A stretch of DNA of 64,000 nt from Spirochaetia bacterium (GCA_038204425.1 JBBRCZ010000005.1:131624-195623), one strand, 5' to 3'; counted from the stretch's first letter, positions 21,285 through 31,191 are shown. Translations and numbers: made by a program. Notes: generated from the sequence alone by a model not told the origin.

Positions 21285-23819
21285 ATGTCAGATCTTAGAG
21301 GTAGAATAATTCCGGTTGCCATAGAAGATGAAGTTAAAACCTCGTACTTAAACTATGCTATGTCGGTTATCGTTTCTCGCGCCCTACCTGATGTTAGGGA
21401 CGGTCTTAAGCCGGTCCATCGCCGAATCTTGCATGGTATGAATGAAATGGGGCTTAGATCCGATAAGCCACCAAAGAAAAGCGCCCGTATTGTCGGCGAT
21501 GTACTTGGTAAGTTTCACCCACATGGGGACCAAAGCGTTTACGATGCCTTGGTAAGACTTGCACAAGATTTTTCTATGCGTTATTTGATGGTTAACGGCC
21601 AAGGTAACTTTGGTTCGGTCGACGGTGATCCTCCTGCAGCCATGCGTTATACCGAAGCCAGAATGCATAAGCTTGCCGAGGAGATGTTGGCAGACATCAA
21701 CAAAGATACAGTTGATTTTGTTTCTAACTATGACGACTCGATGGAAGAACCTTCGGTTTTGCCGGCCGCAGTGCCTTACTTGCTGGTTAACGGCGTAAGT
21801 GGTATCGCGGTTGGTATGGCAACCAATATTCCTACACATAACCTCAAAGAGATTTGTGAAGCCATTGCCTATTGTATCGAGAATCCCGAGTGTAGCATTG
21901 ACGACTTGCTTCAGTTTGTAAAAGGACCCGATTTTCCAACAGGTGGTATAATCTACGGCAAAAAAGGCATGCAAGAAGCCTATAGGACTGGTAGAGGCGC
22001 CGTGACAGTGCGGGCCAAGTTCAACATCGAGTCACTCGATAACGGCAAAGATTGCATAATTATCAACGAAATTCCTTATCAGGTTAACAAAGCAAACCTA
22101 GTAATCCGAATCGCCGAATTGATCCGCGAGGACAAGATCGACGGTATTTCTGATCTGCGTGATGAATCGGATCGTGATGGCATGAGAGTCGTGATCGAGC
22201 TAAAGAGGAACGTAAGCCCCAAGATTATCCTCAATCAACTCTTTCAGCATACGCAGCTTCAAGTTAACTTTAACGTCAACGCCTTGGCTCTAGTTAGCGG
22301 CAGACCTAAGATCCTCAACCTCAAAGAGATGATGGTTCACTTTATCAATCACCGAAAAGAGGTTGTGACTCGTCGGACTAAATTTGAGCTAAAGAAGGCC
22401 GAAGAACGGGCCCACATCTTGCTCGGACTAAAAATTGCCCTCGAAAACATCGACGAAGTAATAAAGACCATCAAGGAGTCTGACACGGTCAATATCGCCA
22501 GACTTCGGCTGATGGAAAGATTTGGACTATCTGAGGTTCAATCTCAGGCCATTCTCGATATGCGATTGCAAAAACTGACTAGTCTCGAGACCCAAAAGAT
22601 CATTGAAGAACTTGAGCAACTGATGGCTTTAATTGCGCACCTTAAAGACTTACTTGCTCATGAGTTTAAGATTCTACTGCTGGTAAAGAAAGAGCTATTG
22701 GAGCTTTCCGAGAAGCACGGTGACCCACGCCGAACCGATATCGTGCTCGACGAGGTTGAGTCTATTAACATCGAAGACCTTATTCAGAAAGAAGATATGG
22801 TCGTTCTTATAACCAATCGTGGTTATATTAAGCGCGTTCCGTTTAGCGCCTATAGATTGCAAGGCCTTGGCGGTAAAGGCTCACTGACTTCTACGCTTAA
22901 GGATGACGACTACATTAAGAATCTGTTCATCGCCTCGACTCATCATGTAATTTTCTTTCTTTCAAATCAAGGCAAAGCATATTGGCTCAAAGTCCACGAG
23001 ATTCCAGAAGGATCTAGAACTGCTAAGGGTCAACACATTCGGGCACTCTTGGCGATTACAGCCGATGAACAGATCAATGCCATTGTGGCCCTGCCAGAGT
23101 TTTCTGAGAATACCTTTCTCTTTATCACTACCGCACTTGGTACGGTGAAGAAGGTAGCTACCAAAGAGTTTGTTCATGCTAAGACACGTGGTATACAAGC
23201 AATTACACTCAAGGCAGACGATAGAGTCATTTCAGCTATACTAACTAATGGTACTAGCGATGTTTTTGTGGTTACCAGAAAAGGAAAGGGTTTGCGCTTT
23301 TCGGAATCAGAAGTTCGTTCTATGGGCCGAACCGCCCAAGGCGTGGCAGGCATACACCTTTTGGCAGGCGATGAAGTGGCCGGCGCGGTTGAAACCAACG
23401 AAAAAGGCCAGGCTCTGCTGCTCTCCCAGTTTGGCTACGGCAAACGTTTGGTTTTGAGGGACATCACGCCACACGGCCGCTACACGCAGGGAAGAAGAGT
23501 ATATGACGTGTCCGAGAAGACAGGAGACGTTGTGGGAGTCCTTTCAGTACTCGATGGCGACAATGCAATCGTCATTACCCACCAAGGAAGTTCGATAAAG
23601 ATCGAAGTTGATAACGTGCCGGTCTACAAGCCAGATACTCAAGGTGTTCGTATTGTAAATATCAATAGACCTGACTTTGTAGTTGGTCTCGATCGTTCTG
23701 ACCCAGAAGTGGATGATGTAAAGGACGGACAACCGGGGCCAGCAGCAAGTCTAGTCGATGAGGCTGGAGAAAACGCAGAGGCGATCGCTAGTCCCGATTT
23801 GCCACCTCAAGACTTGTAA
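21285..23819 (+). CDS. gyrA: DNA gyrase subunit A
   Basis: [28 protein letters not shown] catalytic Tyr, GyrA-box variant QGLGGKG, acidic tail. Confidence 0.98.
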   Translation: MSDLRGRIIPVAIEDEVKTSYLNYAMSVIVSRALPDVRDGLKPVHRRILHGMNEMGLRSDKPPKKSARIVGDVLGKFHPHGDQSVYDALVRLAQDFSMRYLMVNGQGNFGSVDGDPPAAMRYTEARMHKLAEEMLADINKDTVDFVSNYDDSMEEPSVLPAAVPYLLVNGVSGIAVGMATNIPTHNLKEICEAIAYCIENPECSIDDLLQFVKGPDFPTGGIIYGKKGMQEAYRTGRGAVTVRAKFNIESLDNGKDCIIINEIPYQVNKANLVIRIAELIREDKIDGISDLRDESDRDGMRVVIELKRNVSPKIILNQLFQHTQLQVNFNVNALALVSGRPKILNLKEMMVHFINHRKEVVTRRTKFELKKAEERAHILLGLKIALENIDEVIKTIKESDTVNIARLRLMERFGLSEVQSQAILDMRLQKLTSLETQKIIEELEQLMALIAHLKDLLAHEFKILLLVKKELLELSEKHGDPRRTDIVLDEVESINIEDLIQKEDMVVLITNRGYIKRVPFSAYRLQGLGGKGSLTSTLKDDDYIKNLFIASTHHVIFFLSNQGKAYWLKVHEIPEGSRTAKGQHIRALLAITADEQINAIVALPEFSENTFLFITTALGTVKKVATKEFVHAKTRGIQAITLKADDRVISAILTNGTSDVFVVTRKGKGLRFSESEVRSMGRTAQGVAGIHLLAGDEVAGAVETNEKGQALLLSQFGYGKRLVLRDITPHGRYTQGRRVYDVSEKTGDVVGVLSVLDGDNAIVITHQGSSIKIEVDNVPVYKPDTQGVRIVNINRPDFVVGLDRSDPEVDDVKDGQPGPAASLVDEAGENAEAIASPDLPPQDL

Positions 23820-23841
23820 TTACTCAATTATTGATTCTGAG

Positions 23842-23883
23842 ACCCCGCTATTGTTTCACGTGAAACAATAGCGGGGTTTTTTT
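23842..23883 (+). terminator. Intrinsic terminator of gyrBA whose stem contains parS
   Basis: Perfect 36-bp palindrome ACCCCGCTATTGTTTCAC/GTGAAACAATAGCGGGGT (23842-23877) followed by a T-run, 22 nt after the gyrA stop. Confidence 0.8.
23852..23867. promoter_or_regulatory. parS centromere site 1
   Basis: Exact consensus TGTTTCACGTGAAACA upstream of parAB. Confidence 0.97.
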
Positions 23884-23892
23884 GGACAAATA

Positions 23893-23908
23893 TGTTTCAC
23901 GTGAAACA
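23893..23908. promoter_or_regulatory. parS centromere site 2
   Basis: Exact consensus TGTTTCACGTGAAACA, 41 bp after site 1. Confidence 0.97.
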
Positions 23909-24024
23909 ATAGCCAGCGCACGTTCACAAGCTGGATAAAATCCCTATAAATGAACAAAACAAGTCTGTAATCGCGACTTAGGCACATGACAGATGATCAA
24001 ACAATAGACTATACTTGAGCTATT

Positions 24025-24792
24025 ATGGCCATCTCAATTGTATTTGCTAATCAGAAGGGTGGAGTGGGAAAGACCACTTCCACAGTCAACGTTGGCGCTT
24101 ATCTCGCCGAAGCGGGAAAACGAGTTTTATTGGTGGATTTTGATCCTCAAGGAAATTTGTCTTCGGCCGTCGGTGCGGATAGAGACAAGGCGGACATCTA
24201 CGCTTTAATTTCAGGAAAGAAAAAGGCAAAAGATACTATCCAGTCAACGACCGTTCAGAATCTATTTATTATTCCAGCGTCAATAGATTTGACGGGCGCT
24301 ACCGTAGAGTTGGTTGACCAACCAGAGCGGGAGTTCTTTCTTAAGAAGGCACTTGAGCCATTAAAGGCGCAGTACGACTTTATACTCATAGATTGCCCAC
24401 CTTCTCTTGGAGTACTTACTGTCAACGGTCTTACTGCCGCGGACCGAGTTATAATTCCATTACAAACTGAGTATTTTGCTTTGGAAGGGCTGACCCAGTT
24501 GGTACAAAGTATTAAGTTGATTCAGAAGAGCACTAATCCAGCGTTAGAAATCGGTGGCATCATGTTTACCATGTATGACTCACGAACCAAGTTGGCTCAA
24601 GATGTGGTTCAGGAAGTTCTTGGCTATTTTGGTGAACTAGTATTTAAGACTATCATCCCGCGCAACATTAGGTTGTCAGAGGCGCCATCTCATGGAGTCC
24701 CTATCAATCTATACGACCCAATCTGTTTAGGAGCAAGAAGCTACAAACAACTTTCGCAGGAGGTCATCGACCGTGCAGCGAAGATTGGGTAA
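24025..24792 (+). CDS. parA: Chromosome partitioning ATPase ParA/Soj
   Basis: NQKGGVGKTT, DFDPQGN, IDCPPSLG, PRNIRLSEAPSHG. Confidence 0.97.
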   Translation: MAISIVFANQKGGVGKTTSTVNVGAYLAEAGKRVLLVDFDPQGNLSSAVGADRDKADIYALISGKKKAKDTIQSTTVQNLFIIPASIDLTGATVELVDQPEREFFLKKALEPLKAQYDFILIDCPPSLGVLTVNGLTAADRVIIPLQTEYFALEGLTQLVQSIKLIQKSTNPALEIGGIMFTMYDSRTKLAQDVVQEVLGYFGELVFKTIIPRNIRLSEAPSHGVPINLYDPICLGARSYKQLSQEVIDRAAKIG

Positions 24793-25729
24793 AGGACTCG
24801 GATCGCTTTTAGCAGAAATCGAAACTAGTGACCGTACTCGCGAGAAAAGCGAGTTAACTGTTCTAATGTCTCCAATAAGTAGTATATTTCCAAATCCCGA
24901 ACAACCGCGTAAAGATTTTGATCAGACTCACTTGGATGAGCTTGCAGCATCGATAAAAGAAAAGGGTGTTATTCAGCCAATTTTGGTTGAAGCTAAACCC
25001 GACGGAACATTTTGTATTATTGCTGGTGAGAGGCGCTATAGAGCCAGTAAGCTGGCTGGATTAGAAGAAATGCCTGTCATTGTGAGGAACTACGATCAAG
25101 GCGAGACCTTAGAAATAGCTTTGATAGAAAACCTGCAACGAGAAGACTTAAATGCCCTCGAGGAATCACTTGCCTTTCAGGCACTGATGGACAAGTTTTC
25201 GTTAACTCAAGAACAGATAGCAAGTCGGCTTGGCAAGAGCCGTTCAGCGGTGGCTAATAGTTTAAGGTTGCTCAAGTTGCCTAAGGCGGTCAAGGATGGC
25301 CTTAGAAGCAGTCAGATTAGTCCAGGGCACGCCCGTACACTGCTTGGCCTTAATGGCGACGATTCTTTGCTAGAGCGTTTGTATACAAGAATTGTGGAAG
25401 AGCAGTTGTCAGTAAGAGAAACGGAAGTCTTAGTTAAACACGTCAACGCGGGCGCAGATATCGACGAACCTGTTAATAGTCCGGACGACTATCAGAGTCC
25501 ACAACTTATTAAGGACTTAACCCGAGGGGCTTCAGTCAAAGAGTCCCAAAAACTCTCAAATAGTGTTGAGAAAAGATCGGCAGAAATCTGGGATCTTGAA
25601 GAAAAGATGATTCGTTCTCTTGGCACCAAAGTACATATTAAAGGTGACGCTAACAAAGGCAAAATTGAGATTGACTACTACTCTATCGAAGACCTGAATC
25701 GACTCTACGAATTGATTGACCGCAGCTAG
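24773..25729 (+). CDS. parB: Chromosome partitioning protein ParB/Spo0J
   Basis: LGKGLGSLL, NPEQPRK, IIAGERRYRA, ENLQREDL, HTH TQEQIASRLGKSRSAVANSLRLL. Confidence 0.97.
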   Translation: MQRRLGKGLGSLLAEIETSDRTREKSELTVLMSPISSIFPNPEQPRKDFDQTHLDELAASIKEKGVIQPILVEAKPDGTFCIIAGERRYRASKLAGLEEMPVIVRNYDQGETLEIALIENLQREDLNALEESLAFQALMDKFSLTQEQIASRLGKSRSAVANSLRLLKLPKAVKDGLRSSQISPGHARTLLGLNGDDSLLERLYTRIVEEQLSVRETEVLVKHVNAGADIDEPVNSPDDYQSPQLIKDLTRGASVKESQKLSNSVEKRSAEIWDLEEKMIRSLGTKVHIKGDANKGKIEIDYYSIEDLNRLYELIDRS

Positions 25730-25737
25730 TCATTTAA

Positions 25738-25766
25738 TTGACAAACAGTATTGATTCCTTTATATT
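25738..25766 (+). promoter_or_regulatory. sigma70 promoter of the tRNA/ffs cluster
   Basis: TTGACA-17 nt-TATATT ending 18 nt before the first tRNA. Confidence 0.75.
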
Positions 25767-25784
25767 GATCGCTCACGTTAGCCC

Positions 25785-25869
25785 GGAGAGATGGCCGAGC
25801 GGTTTAAGGCAGCGGTCTTGAAAACCGCCGTGGAGCAATCCACCGTGGGTTCGAATCCCACCCTCTCCG
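25785..25869 (+). tRNA. tRNA-Ser(TGA)
   Basis: GGAGAGA acceptor, anticodon arm GCGGT-CT TGA AA-ACCGC, long variable arm, GGTTCGAATCC; CCA not encoded. Confidence 0.97.
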
Positions 25870-25891
25870 TACAGTATAATTGGAGTTTCCT

Positions 25892-25979
25892 GGAGAGGTG
25901 CGAGAGTGGCCGAATCGGGCTCCCTGCTAAGGAGTTGTATCCCAAAAGGATACCGAGGGTTCGAATCCCTCCCTCTCCG
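25892..25979 (+). tRNA. tRNA-Ser(GCT)
   Basis: Anticodon arm GCTCC-CT GCT AA-GGAGT, long variable arm, T-loop GTTCGAATC. Confidence 0.96.
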
Positions 25980-25999
25980 TTATGCCGTTAGGCTGATTT

Positions 26000-26073
26000 G
26001 AGCTCATAGCTCAGCTGGATAGAGCATCAGATTGCGGATCTGAAGGTCGGAGGTTCGAATCCTCTTGGGCTCG
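26000..26073 (+). tRNA. tRNA-Arg(GCG)
   Basis: GAGCTCA/TGGGCTC acceptor, anticodon arm TCAGA-TT GCG GA-TCTGA. Confidence 0.96.
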
Positions 26074-26119
26074 CGAATTGTTTGGGATTCTGCTTGGTTT
26101 CTTGGGAACCTGAACTCAT

Positions 26120-26207
26120 GGAGAGGTGTCCGAGTGGTTGAAGGTGACGGACTCGAAATCCGTTGTACTGTTATGCAGTACCGAGGGTTCGAATCCCTCC
26201 CTCTCCG
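26120..26207 (+). tRNA. tRNA-Ser(CGA)
   Basis: Anticodon arm ACGGA-CT CGA AA-TCCGT, long variable arm. Confidence 0.96.
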
Positions 26208-26230
26208 TTTTCCTTTACCGGTTTTTTACT

Positions 26231-26317
26231 GGAGAGATGACCGAGTGGTTTAAGGTGCACGCCTGGAAAGCGTGTGTGTCTTTACGGGCACCGAGGGTTC
26301 GAATCCCTCTCTCTCCG
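26231..26317 (+). tRNA. tRNA-Ser(GGA)
   Basis: Anticodon arm CACGC-CT GGA AA-GCGTG, long variable arm. Confidence 0.96.
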
Positions 26318-26321
26318 TTTG

Positions 26322-26446
26322 CCCCTTTAGCGTTGATGACCGGGCACTGTGCAATTTGCCGATACCCAACCCCGCCAGGTCCGGAAGGAAGCAACGGTAA
26401 GTAACCGGTGGATGTGCCGCATGCTGCTTGGTTTGAGCTAAAGGGG
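26322..26446 (+). ncRNA. ffs: Signal recognition particle RNA (4.5S type)
   Basis: Helix-8 signature CGCCAGGTCCGGAAGGAAGCAACGG; closing stem CCCCTTTAGC/GCTAAAGGGG; directly upstream of dnaX. Confidence 0.93.
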
Positions 26447-26452
26447 TTTTTT

Positions 26453-28057
26453 ATGGCTTACGAAGTTACCGCAACCCGCAAACGTCCAAAAGATTTCAAT
26501 CACTTAGTCGGTCAAGAGTTTGTGGTCTCCACTTTAAAGAATTCTGTGAAATCAGGGCGCATCGCTCATGCTTATTTGTTTGCTGGTCCTAGAGGCGTGG
26601 GCAAAACATCGGCGGCACGAATCCTTGCAAAAGTTCTCAACTGCCCAGATTTGAGTCAAATAGATGCGTGTGACGACTGGGAAGGCGCAGAAGAAATCGC
26701 CCGCGGAAGAAGCATCGACGTAATCGAAATTGACGGCGCAAGCAACACCAGCGTAAGCGATATTCGTTTGATCAAAGATGAGGTGCTCTTTCCGCCGCAG
26801 TCCAGTCGCTACAAGATTTATATCATTGACGAAGTTCATATGTTGTCAAATTCTGCCTTTAATGCCCTGCTTAAGACCATCGAAGAACCACCGCCTTATA
26901 TTATCTTTATTTTTGCCACAACCGAACTGCACAAGGTCCCTGCCACCATAAGAAGTCGCTGTCAGCAGTTTGTCTTTAAGTTGATTCCTTTGGAACTGAT
27001 AAAAGAACGATTGAGTGAGGCGGCACTGGATCTGGGTGTTAAAGCCGACGATGAGGCACTGTTTTGGATCGCCAAAGAATCAACTGGCAGTATGCGCGAC
27101 GCTTACACGCTCTTTGATCAAGTTGTTGCATTTTCTGAAGGTCAGATAAGTATAGAAAAGATTCACGAAAAACTCGGCTTAATAGGTCTTGATCAATTGA
27201 ACGAATTGGCAAGTCTAATCTTGAGTGGAGCAGCCGGGCAGTCCTTGGAGTATATTCATGCTATTTTTTCGTCAGGAATAGCAGTCGAGCAGTTCTTAAT
27301 TGATATTTGCGAATATTACCGTGGCGTACTCTTCTTAAAAGTTGGCGTCAAACGCGAGGCACTTCTAGGCTATTCATCTGAGCGTTTTTTGGCGCAAGCA
27401 GTAGAAGTCTATTCGAGAACCCAGATTGAAAAAATTCTTTCACTAATCCTAAGTGCCTATCGTGATGTTCGCTACTCGGTGGATCCACGTTATGACGTTG
27501 AGCTATTGATGGCGCGTTTGTGTCGCATTCGATCCTTCCTTGAACCAGAGGAGCTCTACGAACGCCTTAGAGCCCTGGAATTGAATGGGCTCAGTATTGG
27601 GGATACCGGAACTAAGCCTAGTGCTGCAAAGCCATTGTCAAACCCTAAGAGCGAAGTCGCAATAAGTCCACAGAAAATCCAGGCGCCTTCCGACCAGGGG
27701 CCAAGAACGCTTAGCGCCCATGAACAAGAACTGTTGGTTCAGATTCTCAGACGCGATCATTTGACGATTGGGAGTGCCCTTGACCACGTAATGTCTTGGG
27801 AACTCGACGACGGTGTCTTGCTCTTGGAGACCGATCATGAATATTCTGCAGAGAGTTTGCAACGGATTGAACATGCGTTAGTATTGGCGTGCAAAGGCGT
27901 GGTGGATGGTGTTAGTTCACTTAAGGTTATCGTGCATGAAAAAAAAATATCGACCAAAGATGAACATGCAAGTCATTTAGCCAATGACCATAGCCCCGAG
28001 GCAGAAAAAATTCGGGAGATTTTTAAAGGCGAATATGTCAAAAAGGCGCAACTATGA
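26453..28057 (+). CDS. dnaX: DNA polymerase III subunit gamma/tau
   Basis: MAYEVTATRKRP start, AYLFAGPRGVGKTS, EIDGASN, IIDEVHMLS, TIRSRCQ; start moved to ATG 26453. Confidence 0.97.
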   Translation: MAYEVTATRKRPKDFNHLVGQEFVVSTLKNSVKSGRIAHAYLFAGPRGVGKTSAARILAKVLNCPDLSQIDACDDWEGAEEIARGRSIDVIEIDGASNTSVSDIRLIKDEVLFPPQSSRYKIYIIDEVHMLSNSAFNALLKTIEEPPPYIIFIFATTELHKVPATIRSRCQQFVFKLIPLELIKERLSEAALDLGVKADDEALFWIAKESTGSMRDAYTLFDQVVAFSEGQISIEKIHEKLGLIGLDQLNELASLILSGAAGQSLEYIHAIFSSGIAVEQFLIDICEYYRGVLFLKVGVKREALLGYSSERFLAQAVEVYSRTQIEKILSLILSAYRDVRYSVDPRYDVELLMARLCRIRSFLEPEELYERLRALELNGLSIGDTGTKPSAAKPLSNPKSEVAISPQKIQAPSDQGPRTLSAHEQELLVQILRRDHLTIGSALDHVMSWELDDGVLLLETDHEYSAESLQRIEHALVLACKGVVDGVSSLKVIVHEKKISTKDEHASHLANDHSPEAEKIREIFKGEYVKKAQL

Positions 28058-28371
28058 ACCCACTAGAAATAATGAAAAACGTGAAACAAATTCAAGAAAA
28101 ACTGCAAGAAGCACAAGCTAAATTGCCGAGTCTTGAAGCCGAAGGTAACGCCGGAGCAGGTATGGTTAAGGTGGTAATAGATGGAACTTTTTTGACCAAG
28201 AAGGTCTTGATAGATCCGTCGCTGTCTGAATCAAACGATCTTGAGTTTATCCAAGACTTGGTTTTGGCGGCCTTGCGTGATGCTCATGGAAAAATGAAGG
28301 AAACAATTAACCAACAAATGTCGTCGATAGCCGGCCCAATACCGCCAAACCTCTTTAATCTAGGTCTATAG
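28054..28371 (+). CDS. ybaB: YbaB/EbfC nucleoid-associated protein
   Basis: EGNAGAGMVKV, IQDLVLAA; between dnaX and recR. Confidence 0.93.
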   Translation: MNPLEIMKNVKQIQEKLQEAQAKLPSLEAEGNAGAGMVKVVIDGTFLTKKVLIDPSLSESNDLEFIQDLVLAALRDAHGKMKETINQQMSSIAGPIPPNLFNLGL

Positions 28372-28372
28372 A

Positions 28373-28960
28373 ATGAATGCACTTGAGGACTTGGTCAGCA
28401 GTTTGAGTCGGCTTCCAGGTCTTGGAAAAAAAAGTGCTCGACGTATAGCCTACCATCTGCTCAAATGCGACCAAAACCTTAGCGACGGCATCGCTCGCCA
28501 AATTAGCGACTTAAAGGCCAGAATCCATAGCTGTCAAGTCTGCGGAAACTATACTGAGCGGCCAATCTGCGAGGTCTGTACGCAGCTTGGTCGAGACAAG
28601 CAAACGATTTGCGTCGTCGAACAAGCACAGGATATTGGCGTTATAGAAAACTCTCACGAGTACAATGGTCTGTATCATGTTTTGCAAGGTGTTCTTGCGC
28701 CGCTTGACGGCATCGGACCTGAGAAATTAAATATTGCAACACTAGTGCAAAGAGTTAGAGCCAACCAAATAGAAGAATTGATTATTGCAACCAATCCAAC
28801 TCTCGAGGGCGATACGACCGCACTTTATCTTAAGAAATTGTTTGAAGCTGACCAGGTAAAAGTCACCAGATTGGCGCTCGGTTTGCCCGTAGGTGGCGAT
28901 CTCGAATATGCAGACCGACTGACTTTGGCTCGTTCTTTACGAGCGCGTACTTCGATGTAA
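28373..28960 (+). CDS. recR: Recombination mediator RecR
   Basis: LPGLGKKSARRIA, CxxC/CxxC zinc finger, ATNPTLEGDTTA, GLPVGGDLEYAD. Confidence 0.98.
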   Translation: MNALEDLVSSLSRLPGLGKKSARRIAYHLLKCDQNLSDGIARQISDLKARIHSCQVCGNYTERPICEVCTQLGRDKQTICVVEQAQDIGVIENSHEYNGLYHVLQGVLAPLDGIGPEKLNIATLVQRVRANQIEELIIATNPTLEGDTTALYLKKLFEADQVKVTRLALGLPVGGDLEYADRLTLARSLRARTSM

Positions 28961-28975
28961 AAGCATGGTTTCGCT

Positions 28976-29554
28976 TTAATCCCAAACAGAAAATTTGATG
29001 CTGGATAGGTCTTCACCAGATTTAGCTGTTGTCAGCTGATCAAAACCGTAATTAAGCACCTGTTCCAAATAGACTTCTTGCTCCTGAGAGAATGCGGACA
29101 AGACCCAATTGGAAATATCGCCATCAACAGGCCGCCCGATACCAATTCTGAGGCGTAGATAGTTCTTACTACCAAGATGCTGGTTAATACTACGAAGTCC
29201 ATTGTGACCCGCGGCACCACCGCCAAGTTTGCCAGCCAAGCATCCAAATTGCAGCTCAAGATCATCATGAATCACTAAAACATCTGCTTCACCAAGGTGA
29301 TAGAAATCAAGCATAGCGCGAATGTTTTGGCCGCAGAGGTTCATAAAGTTGAGGGCTTTATAGAGTCGTAGCGCCCGACCACCCAGCAAAACTTGGCTGG
29401 TTAGCCCTTTGGCTTGGTTGTTCCAGCTTGCGCATTGACGCTGGACTATCAGGTCCAGCAGTCGCACTCCTATGTTGTGACGGGTGTTTTGGTATTCTCG
29501 ACCGGGATTGCCAAGACCGACTAAAACTTTTGGAAATGCAACTTTAACTGCCAT
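28976..29554 (-). CDS. pth: Peptidyl-tRNA hydrolase
   Basis: VGLGNPG..Y.NTRHNIG, HDDLEL, GGAAGHNGLRSI, RLRIGIGRP. Confidence 0.97.
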   Translation of the reverse strand: MAVKVAFPKVLVGLGNPGREYQNTRHNIGVRLLDLIVQRQCASWNNQAKGLTSQVLLGGRALRLYKALNFMNLCGQNIRAMLDFYHLGEADVLVIHDDLELQFGCLAGKLGGGAAGHNGLRSINQHLGSKNYLRLRIGIGRPVDGDISNWVLSAFSQEQEVYLEQVLNYGFDQLTTAKSGEDLSSIKFSVWD

Positions 29555-29589
29555 TACTACCTATTCTTGAGTGCTTACTTGGCTTGGAC

Positions 29590-31014
29590 CTAAAGCTTGT
29601 CTATCAGCATCGAGCATTTGCCAGATGGAATTGGAAGCGTCTTCCTCTTCTTGAGCGATAGAATGTCGATGGTAAAATAGTAGAGCTTCTCAGATTCGAG
29701 CCGAATCTCCCAGCCACGGCTGGTTTTGTTGCTGAGAATTGTGACCATATTGCGCTTTAACGAAAGATTTTCAATGCCCATCGCTTCAATAGTAGGAACC
29801 TTCCAATCAACCGTTTTCTTTGGCAGACTGATATAGAGACCAATCACGTTTTCTATCATCAATGCGATGGTGGATAAACCGACGTACTGTAGAAGCTGAG
29901 CGCGTGGAAAGTCAGGTTGGTCTGGCCACTCGGCAGCGCCCTCTTTGAGAGGTTTGTAGGCTTCCCAAACATTGCCTCGTTTGTTGCCTTCCGGATGTAA
30001 GGTGTCAAGCATGTAATAGAGGTGTCTAATCGCCGATTCTCGCGCCAGTTCAAAAGCGCCGTATTTTTCCAAACCTTTTATGATCATAAAGGTTAGGTGT
30101 GGATAAACCGATCCATTGGGGCCATGTCCAAGTTCTTGGAAGCCTTCTTGGTTGACCGCTAGGCTTGGAAACGGATTGGGTGTGCCAAAGGTCTCGGGAT
30201 TGGTAAGGTGAGCTAATAGCTTCTCTATGCGCGCATCGTTTGGAATTTCTGCAAGCAGAGTCCAGAATGAGGCTATCGATTTAACCGCTACTTGATTTCC
30301 TTCGGCATCGAGGTCTACATAAAGTTGCACATCTTCGTTCCACATCAGCGTATTTATTTTGGTCTTGAGAGCAAAATAGTGGCGCTTGTACTTAAAGCTA
30401 ATTTCCTTATCATTGAGGATCTCGCCAAGCTCAGAAAGGTAGAGCGCATTCATGGCCTGAGCGGCGTTAAAATCTATAAAGTACTTTGCCTTTTTTCGAG
30501 GACTTGCTGGACAGCTGGTGGCCTCAATAGGAACAGCATACAATCCAAAATCAGTTTTAAAGTTGGCATCTAACCATTCAAAGTGTTTTTCCAAAAAAGG
30601 CATCACTTCTTTGACTCGCTTTTTGTTACCAACTTTGTGATACAGGTTATGTTCGGCCCAAGCGAAAAGTGGTATACACAAACCGTCTGGGTTCTCTGGG
30701 GTAAAGTAAGCCTTGCCATCAGATACAAAATAGGCAGATCTAATGGCACCGTTTTCTTCTTGCTTCTGATAAAAAGTGTCAAGCTGCGGGGCGCTTGCGT
30801 ATTTCTTGTTACTGTAGACCATCATGAAGGTACTGAAACACGACTCGGTTTGATGAAGCAGTGGTGATTCGGGATTGCTAAAAAGCCGAGGCAAAAGCCC
30901 GCTAGCTTCATCTGGTGTTATTACGTAATCCTCCATCCAGGCCCAGGTTTGGTCATAAACATCCACAAAGTCCTGATCGTAAAAGTGGATGCCGGGAAAT
31001 TCCTTCTTGGCCAC
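29590..31014 (-). CDS. (alpha/alpha)6-barrel glycoside hydrolase-like protein (MGH1/GH63/trehalase-like)
   Basis: PLFAWAE, IDFNAAQ, INTLMWNE..LYVD, SIASFWTLLA, FGTPNPFPSLA, GSVYP, VWEAY. Confidence 0.7.
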   Translation of the reverse strand: MAKKEFPGIHFYDQDFVDVYDQTWAWMEDYVITPDEASGLLPRLFSNPESPLLHQTESCFSTFMMVYSNKKYASAPQLDTFYQKQEENGAIRSAYFVSDGKAYFTPENPDGLCIPLFAWAEHNLYHKVGNKKRVKEVMPFLEKHFEWLDANFKTDFGLYAVPIEATSCPASPRKKAKYFIDFNAAQAMNALYLSELGEILNDKEISFKYKRHYFALKTKINTLMWNEDVQLYVDLDAEGNQVAVKSIASFWTLLAEIPNDARIEKLLAHLTNPETFGTPNPFPSLAVNQEGFQELGHGPNGSVYPHLTFMIIKGLEKYGAFELARESAIRHLYYMLDTLHPEGNKRGNVWEAYKPLKEGAAEWPDQPDFPRAQLLQYVGLSTIALMIENVIGLYISLPKKTVDWKVPTIEAMGIENLSLKRNMVTILSNKTSRGWEIRLESEKLYYFTIDILSLKKRKTLPIPSGKCSMLIDKL

Positions 31015-31154
31015 AGATGCTCCTTAGCTTTTTTTATTAAACAATTGTCTTTTATATTTGGATACAATGTTCTAAAATAGCGTGCCTTTGAGGTTCTTTG
31101 CAAGCGAAAAACCGGCTTTTTGTGCAATGGAGTCCTATCACTTATAAGAATGTA

Positions 31155-31183
31155 TTGACAGAGGCTAGTACGAAAGGTAAAAC
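31155..31183 (+). promoter_or_regulatory. Putative gatCAB-aspS promoter, near-leaderless
   Basis: TTGACA-17 nt-TAAAAC, 8 nt before the gatC ATG; no SD. Confidence 0.5.
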
Positions 31184-31191
31184 CAAAAACC

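Noticed and set aside
25791..26404. Short ORFs at 25791, 26065 and 26126
   Set aside because: They overlap tRNA and SRP RNA genes.
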